64,000 bases of DNA from assembly GCA_037447605.1 (NCBI GenBank), contig CM074811.1, positions 3,596,001-3,660,000 of the forward strand. Reading direction: 5' to 3'. The notes under the pieces were generated by a model. The model saw nothing but the letters and a program-made list of their open reading frames with translations, was not told the origin of the DNA and searched no databases. Every line of letters starts with the position of its first letter. The first letter of the stretch is position 1. Made by a program: the position numbers and the translations under genes. Source of the stretch: Zygnema circumcarinatum SAG 698-1b (lineage: Eukaryota > Plantae > Zygnematophyceae). Shown piece by piece: positions 1-14,466 of the stretch.

Positions 1-4660
<4,660 letters not shown>

Positions 4661-5858
4661 GGCGTCCGGCCCCTCCCCTCTCCCGCTCTCTCCCCCACCC
4701 TCTCTGCCTCTCCCACCCTCTCCCTCTCCCTTTTGTCTCCTTCTCCCCCCTGCTAGCGAGCGCTATGGCCGCCGTCCCCGCCCGCCCGCCCGCCCGCCCG
4801 CGCAATCTTCCACCGACACGAGCTGTAGTACGGCCGCAGCCGCCCGGCCCTCCACCTGTCCGTACAGGCCCGGGCGGGAGCAGCGAGGTAGGGGCCACGT
4901 GGCGCACGCGGAAGGCCTGACGGGGGGTCGGGCGGATCGCGAATCGGATCCCAAGGCATCTTGGCGGCTTGCGGCCGGCCGGGCGGCAGCGGCCGGATGC
5001 GTAACGGACAATGTGAGAGTGTATCGATAGTTTGTGTGAGAATGGGAGGCGGAGATGTGGACACGCTGCGCAGTCTGCGCGGAGCAAACGCACGTGGGGC
5101 CATTGGCGGATTTGGAGTGTAGCGGGAAAATCTCTTGGATTTTCTGCCGATCGGATGCGTGGGCGGATTGTGGCCAACGGGATGGCACCAGATCTTGATT
5201 TGACATACCGGATCATAAAAATGAGCAATCAGAAGCTGCATTTGGCGTGGAATGATGTCAGCAGAAGACTGCCAGCCTTTCGCGCCGGGCGGGCTGACCT
5301 GTCGCGACTGGCGGCAGGCTGGCGAGGTCGTCTGAAGCCGAGCCGACCGGCGGCCGACCTACAGAAAGACCGTGCGGAGACGGGCAGGCCAACGTTGCAA
5401 CACGGGCAGCGGCGGAGGAACGGAGTACAAAAGTAGTACTCATGACCTTGTTTTTCGAATGATACAGTCCTATACATACTACCGATTCTGAAATTCTGTG
5501 CTGGTTTCCGAGACTGGAAAACCGTTCTCCCGTTCTCGTCACACTACGACCGGTATGTAGCGGGGGCGGTGCCACGTCGGCCGCGGCTCATCGGGAGGCC
5601 GCCCGCCCGCCCGGCTCATTCCTGTACGGCCGGCCGACCGCCCGCCTGCCGCATCATTCCATCCGCCAGCTGGCAGACGCCAGGCGGGCGAAACGAGTCT
5701 GGCCCCCTCGCCAGCCGTTTCGCACGTGCGAACCGTCCAGTCCATAAACGACAAGCCGTACGGCCACCGGTTTACGCCCTTAGGCCAACCGGAGAGCGCC
5801 ACGTCAAGTCCACGTGGCGCCCCGCAAATTCGCCAGAAAAGTGCATAGGCGCGATGGG

Positions 5859-6700
5859 CAGGGTTCGTCAAATAGGGGAGATCCCCTAAATATCGTAAAT
5901 AGCTTATTTATGTAAGATTTTGAGATTAGTTTACGTGATTTCAACTTAAATACCACACAAGCCCCAAAAAAGCATTTTTTTGGTTAAAAACAAAAAGGAA
6001 ATGAATTGCATTTGCAACCACGATAGCAATGATGTATATGAACTTTACTTGTTGGTATAACAGCACGGCTTTAGAAACTGGTGCAACCTCTTCGACTCTT
6101 ATAGATTGGTAAATTTTACCAATCAATTAGAACAACTGTGCATTTGGCAATCACAACATATAGTTGCTTATTCAAAAACCCAATTGCTCGAAAACTTTGT
6201 AGATCCAATCCTAAGCTCTCTATTTCCTTTTCCATCCATCATTAATTACTCCAAGTGTCACTTTAGAATCCATCATAGTCTTGAAATTTCCTCACAAAAA
6301 CTCTATTCCAAATCATAACCTCTGAAATTCTAGGTGTAGTCACAAAAGAAAAACTGAAATAGGAACTAAAATTAGAAATAAAATGAAAAATGGTCCCACT
6401 CCCTTAGGAGTTTTAGGCTGAACAAGACAGCTATAGAAGTGATGCAAACTACTCAAAGAGACCCTCGAAGAGCGGTCAAACTATCAAACTGTTTGCAATG
6501 AAGAATGCCTTCCAATGAAAAGTCTGTCAACCTCTTTCGAAACTCGTCTTTCTCCCAAACAATTCCTGTCTTCCTGTATTCCTGTCTCGTCCGTACGTGT
6601 GCGGTTTCGTCCGTACAGTCCATATTTACGTGTTTTTACAAAACTAATTTAGGGGAGAGTCCCCTATCTTGAGCCGAAATCCCCTATTTGACGAACCCTG
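5859..6700. mobile_element. Non-autonomous hAT-type DNA transposon (842 bp)
   Basis: Perfect 21-bp TIR CAGGGTTCGTCAAATAGGGGA (5859-5879) and its reverse complement (6680-6700). 8-bp TSD GCGATGGG at 5851-5858 and 6701-6708. AT-rich interior inside a GC-rich context. Confidence 0.9.
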
Positions 6701-6894
6701 GCGATGGGCCATCGCCGGCATTTTTTGCAGCTTCTGCTCGTCACGTTGCGTGGGCGAGTGGATCAACAATTTCTGTACGGACCTCCGAGTCTATGCGCTA
6801 AAATCTCATTGCCGATCGGTGGACCCAAGGAAAACTCAAATTGAACACGAACGATAATTAATTGTTCAATGCTCAACTGGTTCTCCATAAAAGT

Positions 6895-7004
6895 TGTATT
6901 GAGAAAATAACTTAGGAATTCATATCCCATTTCTCATTTCTCAATTTGAATCGTGTTCACAAATAAAGGATTCTATTTTGAGAATCTGGTTTTGAAAGTT
7001 TTTT
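6895..7004 (+). repeat. ~110-bp direct repeat, copy 1 (copy 2 at 13600-13709)
   Basis: TGTATTGAGAAAATAACTTAGG...CTGGTTTTGAAAGTTTTTT is identical at both positions. Confidence 0.9.
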
Positions 7005-7029
7005 GCGTTGCCGTAGGCAAAAGCTTTGC

Positions 7030-8320
7030 GGTCGTTTTGATCCGTACGACGGGTTCAATTTATTAAAGATTAATGTAATGAAAATGGGGTATAGTTGCCT
7101 CGAGTCTGACGTTGCCACGTCGCGCGTCCTGATTGGTTGCGTTTTGTTGGATCGAATGCGCAGAAAATGGGGTATATTGCGTACTTATTGTGTCATTTCC
7201 TCGTGTCGTTTTGTACGTACCGCGGCGTTCGATTTTGATGTTTTATTGTTAGTGTATAGTAGTTAGTCACTAGACAAGTTGTTGTTGGGACATTAGTTTT
7301 GTGTGCGTGTGTTGTGTGTGGCCCTTGGCAGCGATGTGCGCCTAGACCGACGGGCGGCGGTACGGACTTTGGTCGGTGGAGAGGCGCGGCGCGGCGGAGT
7401 CAGAAGTGACGAGGCGCGACGCGACGAATCGAAAAGTGACGTGGCGCGGACGCGGCCGCGGAGCGAATTGAAGATGTGACGTGACGCGTGAAACTGCGCG
7501 CGAATCGAAACTGACGCGGCGCGGCGTCAGCCTTTGGATTGGCCGATTCGGACTTGACGCGATGCGGCGTCAAATTGTCGGCGCGCGATTCAGAATTGTA
7601 CGGAGCTGCGTCGAATTGTCGGTGGCATGAGACAACGCGAGGATTGACGCGTCATCTATCTTGGAGGCAAGGTCNNNNNNNNNNTTGTAGTCTCTGTTAT
7701 GCTGTTCGCTCGTGTTGCGACACTACACTTGCTCGTGCTGCGAGGTAGTGAGCTGTGAGATTGCTGAGCGGCCGATTTGAGAGGGGGTCTCTCAATGTAT
7801 GAGTGAATTCACTATTAAGGAGTTTTAGAGCCAGGAGCTTTCTCCTATTCATTTCTCTCTGTTATTCCGCTGTGCATTATTGCTGTGATTCACTCTGTGA
7901 GTAAAATGGGCTATGAGTGAATGTGAGGGATTTGAAAATGTCATCGTCGATTGGAACGCGAACTCCGATGGAGGGTGACCCGAATGGAGGAACGGACGGC
8001 AGCAGTGGAGGAGTCCCTGCACCAACATTTATGTGGTGTACGGATTCGGTTAGGTTGTGAATGATGAATTTAATGAAAATGGGGTATAGTTGCCGCGAGT
8101 CTGACGTTGCCACGTCGCGCGTCATGATTGGTTGTGTGTTTCGTCGGATTTAATGCGTAGAAAATGTGGTATATCTCGTACCGATTCTGTGATTGCCACG
8201 TGTCGTTTTCTATGTACGACAGTTTGTGGTTATGATGTTTTACGGGACGTATTGTTGGAAATAGGGTATTTGCGTAGCGTGTTTAAAGTGGCCACGTGGT
8301 GCATTCCTATTGGTTAGCAC
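7030..8320 (+). repeat. Diverged copies of the 211-bp satellite, interrupted by an LTR
   Basis: AATGAAAATGGGGTATAGTTGCC..GTCTGACGTTGCCACGTCGCGCGTC..GATTGGTTG at ~7077 and ~8072 matches the 12.5-kb units. The unit sequence GATGTTTTAT|GTGG is split by the 7247-8027 insertion. Confidence 0.85.
7247..8027 (+). mobile_element. LTR (probably a solo LTR; 10-N gap inside at 7675-7684)
   Basis: Begins TGTTAG and ends CCAACA. 5-bp TSD TTTAT at 7242-7246 and 8028-8032. The 3' part is homologous to 8781-9126 in the opposite orientation. Confidence 0.8.
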
Positions 8321-8741
8321 GAACGGAATTAGTTATACTTCTTATCCAGTCAGAAATTGCCACGTTGGTTCTGTAGTGTGTTTTTGGATGTTTGTTATCC
8401 AATCAGGTGTGGCCACGTAGCCCTAAAATGGGAAAAAAACCAAAAAAAAACCACACACAAACTGCTACGACAGAATGTGGCCACATTCTGTTTTCGCAGT
8501 TTGTGTGTGGTTTTAAAAAAAAAAAATCTAAATATTACAACATTTGGCCTTATGTTGTAATATTGAGAGAGTTTTTTTTTTTTTTTTGTTTGTAAAAGTT
8601 GTTGTTGTTGTTGTTGTTGTTGNNNNNNNNNNTTTTTTTTTTTTTGTGAAAGTCACACACGAAAATACACAATCACAAACACTCACACACACACACACAC
8701 ACACTCTCACACACACACACACCCACACACACACACACACT

Positions 8742-8772
<31 letters not shown>

Positions 8773-8780
8773 CACACATA

Positions 8781-9746
8781 TGTTGGAGCCTGGATCTGCT
8801 CGCTGCTCCCGGCGCCACCTCGCGTGTCGCCCTCCATTGGAACTCCGGTTCCCACCGATGAAGACATCTTCACTCTCTCTCACTCTATCTCACTTCACTC
8901 ATAGCCCATAACTCACAGAATGAACGCAGAGACGAGCACAGCGGAAATCACACACGAGAGAGTATAGGAGAAAGCTCACGGCTCTAAAACTCCTTTATAA
9001 TAAGAATGTCACCCACATGAAGTTCTCCCCCTCTCACTAGCTACTTCTCCCCTTACTCACTACCTTGCGACACAAGCAGGGCAGCCCAGCAACACGAGCA
9101 GGCACAGAATAAGTCACGGGACTACAGTAGTCTAATGTGGGTATCCTACATAACAAAGCTAAACCCTATATACCGCCATGGCCGTGTTACGTGACATCTT
9201 CCTTGTTGACCGATGTCACGTCACGGCCGCCCTCATGCGTTCAGCAGCCAGGTACGCGTTCAACAGCCAGCATTGCGGCCCTTCGTAGACCTACGGCAGC
9301 GCCGACCTAGTCGGGTCGTCCGTACAGTTCCGCCGCCCATCCGAGCTCGTTGTCCGTCCGAGCGCGAATCTTCCGCCGCCCGTCCGTACGCGTCCGCCGC
9401 CCGCGCGCGCATGTTCGATTCGCGCGCGCCGTACACATTCGCGCCGTCCGCGACAACATCTCCGTCGTCACATTTCCGCGCCGTTCACATCTGTCCACGT
9501 GGCTGCTGACTCGGTCTCCTCCGTAGTTGACCTCGTCAGAGTCCGCGGACCGCACTAAGGGTCTGACGCGGTTCCGCCGACATCGCCGACATTCTCCGCG
9601 CCCGAAAAGCGTACGGGCCACCGACATTTGGCCCGACCGTATTTCCAAGGACTACTACTAGCAGATCTCATGTTTCCCAACTGAGGACCACAACAATGTT
9701 AGTGTGAACCCGTACAATGTCTAACTATAGCACACTAACACTAACA
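8781..9746 (-). mobile_element. Solo LTR (966 bp), diverged relative of 7247-8027, inserted in a (CA)n tract
   Basis: The minus strand starts TGTTAGTG and ends CCAACA. It shares blocks such as AAGGAGTTTTAGAGCC, AGCTTTCTCCTAT and ATGGGCTATGAGTGAA with the other LTR. Flanks are ACATA/ACACA (4 of 5 TSD match). Confidence 0.75.
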
Positions 9747-9771
9747 ACACACACACACACACACACACACA

Positions 9772-10052
9772 CAAGTACGAACCTTTTTTCTTCACGATCT
9801 TATGTTTCCGAAATTTTTTCGATTTTTTCGAACATCGTCATCTCCAGGACCGGGTCCTTCCGAAATCTGTCCATGGTTATTTGCTATACAATACATGTGT
9901 GTGAGCGTAAGTACGAACCTTTTTTCATCACGATCTTATGTTTCCGAAATTTTTTCGATTTTTTCGAACATCGTCATCTCCAGGACCGGGTCCTTCCGAA
10001 ATTTGTCCATGGTTATTTGCTATACAACACATAAGTGAAGCGTAAGTACGAA
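9772..10052 (+). repeat. 136-bp tandem duplication (2 copies plus the start of a third)
   Basis: AAGTACGAACCTTTTTTC..CTCCAGGACCGGGTCCTTCCGAAA..GCTATACAA repeats at a 136-bp period. Confidence 0.9.
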
Positions 10053-10173
10053 CGTTATGTACATCATGATGTCATTTTTATCATGTTTATTTTTTTTTTT
10101 TTTTTGGTTATTTCGAAAACTTCCAAATGTCCAAATTTCCACATGTCCAGGATTTCAAAATGTCCAGCGATTT

Positions 10174-10368
10174 CTCTTTTAAGTCCAGAGGACTGTATCT
10201 TTAAAGTCCAGAGGACTGTATCTTTTAAGTCCAGAGGACTGTATCTTTTAAGTCCAGAGGACTGTATCTTTTAAGTCCAGAGGACTGTCCAGAGGATGTA
10301 TCTTTTAAGTCCAGAGGACTGTATTCTTTTAAGTCCAGAGGACTGTATTCTTTTAAGTCCAGAGGACT
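10174..10368. repeat. 23-bp minisatellite (about 8 copies) with an internal inverted repeat
   Basis: Unit TCTTTTAAGTCCAGAGGACTGTA, containing AGTCC-AGA-GGACT. Confidence 0.9.
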
Positions 10369-10566
10369 GACTGACTATGGACGGACAACCTAACTGACTG
10401 ACTGACTGGCCGACTGACTGACTGACTATGGACGGACAACCTAACTGACTGACTGACTGGCCGACTGACTGACAGACACTGACTGACTTCTAATTGACAG
10501 ACTGACAGACAGACTGACAGACGGACTCACAGACTGGCCGACAGACTGACAGACTGACTGACTGAC
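10365..10566. repeat. (GACT/GACA/GACG)n microsatellite with an internal ~49-bp duplication
   Basis: Read directly. It is (GTCA/GTCT/GTCC)n on the minus strand. Confidence 0.9.
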
Positions 10567-11513
10567 TTGTTAGTTAGTAGCCTCCCTCAACACCCTCCTT
10601 CCTCCTCCTCCTTCCTCAACACCCTCTCGTTTTTCTTCCTTCGCTCTTCCACCATTGTCCCTTTCACCACACTCCATGTTCCTTCTCCCTCCTTCCTCCT
10701 TCCTCCTCCTCCTCCACCAATCATTATTTTTCGGTTTTTCGCATTTCTCTGGTAGGAAGAAATGCAGCAAGAGCTGCAGCAGCAGAAAGGCAGAGAATTC
10801 GCAGCGACATAAGTGTTGGTTACACTGCCTTCCCTCACTCACACATGCCAACCCCCTCCCTCCTTCAACACCAAATTCAACGCAAAAACCTCCCCTTCGC
10901 CCTCAACCTCACCTCTCCGAGGACGTGGACGCAAAGAAAACCTCAGCACCCGTCACTCGTCCCTCTTCCTCCTCCTCCCCCTCCCCCTCCTCCTCCGTTG
11001 CCGCTCCCCTCTCCCGTTCCATGGCGCTGCCCCCTCCCCCTTCAAAGGCCTCCTCCCTTCCAAGTGGGCGCCATCCAAAGGGCCCTCCTCATCCTTTCAC
11101 CACACTCCATGTTCCTGCTGCGACATAAGTGTTGGTTACGGTAGATTTCGGAACAAAACGGCAGCAAGCACCACCAGCAACTCTTCAGCTAGACAGGCGA
11201 GTGTAAGAAAATGGAAGTCGGGAGGACGTGAAGAATAGGGGAAGATGATATTGCGGTTGTTCCGTAAACGTTTCGTCATCGAAACGTCGTCGACGTCACC
11301 GTACAGGCACGAAACGGCTCTATTTGGCTCTATTTTGGCTCTCCTTTTTTTACGTTTTTCGTAATCGCGGGATTGTGACTGTCGGTTGACAATGCCCGAA
11401 ACGGCACGCGTGGCGCGCGGCTCCACGCGGCGTCACGACTACGCGGTGTCTCGCAGCGAGGGATGGCTGACGTCATCATTAATCAATAGAGGCTGATCGG
11501 ACGGTGCAAAATT

Positions 11514-11861
11514 CGCGACGCGCGCGTGCGACACCGGCGACGTCGTTTATGCGACACGCGCATACGACGCGCAGATGCGACGCGCGGCCGACCCGCGCGC
11601 GCGGCGCCGCCAAAAGGCGGAACAATAACCGTGAAGCAGGGCTGGCCAGTGGCGAGACGCCGCGTGGCTCTTGCTAGCCCGTGGCGGTTCGCCACGTGGC
11701 CGGATCACCGTCGTGTGTCAGCGCTAGAGGTATCTAGCGGGTTCACCGCGTTCGGCGGGTGGACTAGCCGTGTCGCGCCCGCGCGACGCGCGCGTGCGAC
11801 ACCGGCGACGTCGTTCATGCGACACGCGTATACGACGCGCAGATGCGACGCGCGGCCGACC
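11514..11861 (+). repeat. CpG-rich ~79-bp direct repeat pair
   Basis: CGCGACGCGCGCGTGCGACACCGGCGACGTCGTT..GCGACGCGCGGCCGACC at ~11514 and ~11783. Confidence 0.85.
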
Positions 11862-12499
11862 GGTTGGCCTGTTGACTTTCGTAACTTTCCTTTTCCGTCA
11901 ATTTTTGTTCGCGCCCGCGCGACGAACGAAGCGGCGGAAAGAAGCGTCAGTGGAGTCGCCTCCGAATGTCGGCTACGAATCAAGTGGTGCCATGTGGACC
12001 ACTCATGCGTGGGTCCGCGAATCTGAACGAACGGCTGTACGGACGGTAGCCGGAAAATGGCGAAAGAGACCTGACGGTCAAAGGATCTACAACAGGAGGG
12101 CAATCGGTAGGTCAACCGTCGCCGTCACCGTACTGGCACGAAACGGCTGTATTTGGACAATCGTTGTGGACGAGGATGTGGGTCCATTTTTGTACGATTT
12201 TTGCAATCGCAGGATTGTGATTGTCGGTTGACAATGCTTGAAACGGGATGTTTGTACCGGTATGTGTTGGTAAACCGTAACAGCTTGTGTTGTCAAACTA
12301 TGGACACGCAAGATTTGGAATGGTTCGGTTGACAACGCCCGAAACGGTCATCGTGTTGGTCAAATTAAAAACCGCTCTAACGTACCGTGTCGTGTTTGAC
12401 AGATACGTAACAGCTCTATTTGTAGTTTGACAAACGGTAGCCGTTGCCGAATCCATTGTTACGACAGCCTTATTTGATGTGACTTAATANNNNNNNNNN

Positions 12500-13083
12500 G
12501 CGCAGAAAATGGGGTATATCGCGTTCCCATTCTGTCATTGCCACGGGTCGTTTTCTACGTACGACAGCGTTCGATTTTGATGTTTTATGTGGCGTACGGA
12601 TTCGGTTAGGTTGTCAAAGATGGATTTAATGAAAATGGGGTATAGTTGCCGCGAGTCTGACGTTGCCACGTCGCGCGTCCTGATTGGTTGTGCGTTTCGT
12701 TGGATCGAATGCGCAGAAAATGGGGTATATCGCGTTCCCATTCTGTCATTGCCACGGGTCGTTTTCTACGTACGACAGCGTTCGATTTTGATGTTTTATG
12801 TGGCGTACGGATTCGGTTAGGTTGTCAAAGATGGATTTAATGAAAATGGGGTATAGTTGCCGCGAGTCTGACGTTGCCACGTCGCGCGTCCTGATTGGTT
12901 GTGCGTTTCGTTGGATCGAATGCGCAGAAAATGGGGTATATCGCGTTCCCATTCTGTCATTGCCACGTGTCGTTTTCTATGTACGACAGCGCTCGTTTTG
13001 AATGTTTTACGGGACGTATTGTTGTAAATAGGGTATGTGTCGCAGCGTGTTTAAAGTGGCCACGTGGTGCATTCTAATTGGTT
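12500..13083 (+). repeat. 211-bp tandem satellite (at least 2.3 near-identical copies, left side in a gap)
   Basis: Identical ORF pairs offset by 211 bp (12535/12746, 12587/12798). The unit has two related halves, each with AAAATGGGGTATA...TTGCCACG. Confidence 0.95.
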
Positions 13084-14080
13084 AAATCGCACCTCGCGCA
13101 ACTGAACAGAACACAATATTAAACAGCTTATGTGTTCGATCAGTTTCCGTTTCAGTTCACTTCACATAATTAAGGTTCGAAGACATTTCTATAAAAAGGC
13201 AACGCACGAGGATCTTGATCAGCAGCCTGTTGTTTTTTGGAATTGTTCAATGCTTAAATGAAGACCGTTGTTAAAAACAAAAAAAAAAAAAACAGAAACT
13301 TAAAGCGGATACATTTTATTTTTTGAATACCGCTTCCGAATAGTTTTTTTGAACAGCCAAAATCTTTAATTGTTCAAAGTTCAAACCAATTGGTAGTAGG
13401 GGTAGTCGTCATCGATATACTTCGATATATGTCGATATACCTCGATATATATGTGCCATATCACCCAAATGCCTCGCCTGCCTTTTAAAGACAACTCCAT
13501 TCCATTTGATTTCAGATTTTGTGAGTCTCGTTGCTAATCGCAACTATGGCCAAGGAGAAATTTGTGTTTCAATTTGCAGCCTCCCTCAATTTTTTTTTGT
13601 GTATTGAGAAAATAACTTAGGAATTCATATCCCATTTCTCATTTCTCAATTTGAATCGTGTTCACAAATAAAGGATTCTATTTTGAGAATCTGGTTTTGA
13701 AAGTTTTTTTTTCCGAGGAGCCAAAAACTTTAATTTCCCTTTTCTCAACCTGTTCAGTAGTTCCGCGTCAGCCTGAACGACAAGCCCTGGCGCACACAAC
13801 CGCCTGCCGTCCGGCACCTTTGTCGCGTAGCTGGCAGCTCCTCATTGGCCGGCGACTCGCTGACTCGCTGCTGCCGCTTCGTCGCCGCGTGGATGGTTGA
13901 CCTGCTCCGGACCTTGTCGTTTTCCACAGGTACCAATATATCGCGACATCGTCCACGCATCGGCGGCGACGGCCGGCCAGAAGCTGCCGGCCGGCCGGCG
14001 CGGCCTAAGGCGCCGGCAGTCGGCCCCAACTCGGCACGGCACGGCACGGCACGCCGGCTCTGCAAACCGCCCGGCCCCCC

Positions 14081-14167
14081 CCGGGCTTGGCGCACTTGCG
14101 AGGGCCGGGCTTGGCGCACTTGCGAGGGCCGGGCTTGGCGCACTTGCGAGGGCCGGGCTTGGCGCAC
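14081..14167. repeat. 24-bp GC-rich minisatellite (3.6 copies)
   Basis: CCGGGCTTGGCGCACTTGCGAGGG repeated. Confidence 0.9.
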
Positions 14168-14466
14168 AGGCATTTGGGCAACATGGCCATGCGTAGCCCC
14201 CTCATGTCACTAGGGGCTTTTCGTAAGTCTATTATGAATCCTCCCCGTGGAGGTGGGGGTGTTGTGCCTTTTACTCTAACCCCTGTAAGCATAAGAAGTA
14301 GACATTGGGGAGGACAAGGAAGGCGAGCCAAGATAATCTCCGTACAGCAGCAACAGTACGCATTCGCATCGGTCACGCGCATGCAATAATTGGTTCAGAG
14401 TCCGGCGTGCATACAAACGTCACAGCCATATAATTCACAAAATGCTCAAAATTTACAGGGACAGGA

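Larger units (their letters stand above)
7004..13238 (+). mobile_element. Candidate non-autonomous Helentron/DINE-1-like element, or a nested cluster of them, spanning three assembly gaps
   Basis: 5' end: T-run + TGCGTTGCC-GTA-GGCAA-AAGC. 3' end: GGCAACGCA (13198-13206, reverse complement of the 5' motif), an imperfect palindrome AGGATCTTGATCAGCAGCCT, then GTTGTTTTTT. Internal tandem satellite and (GACW/GACG)n microsatellite. No TSD. Confidence 0.5.

Noticed and set aside
10174-10368. CRISPR-like array (short palindromic repeats)
   Set aside because: Repeats are directly adjacent with no unique spacers, there are no cas genes, and the context is eukaryotic.
12535-13001. Duplicated 68-77 aa ORFs as a tandem small-gene family
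   Set aside because: By-products of the 211-bp satellite; no recognisable protein features.
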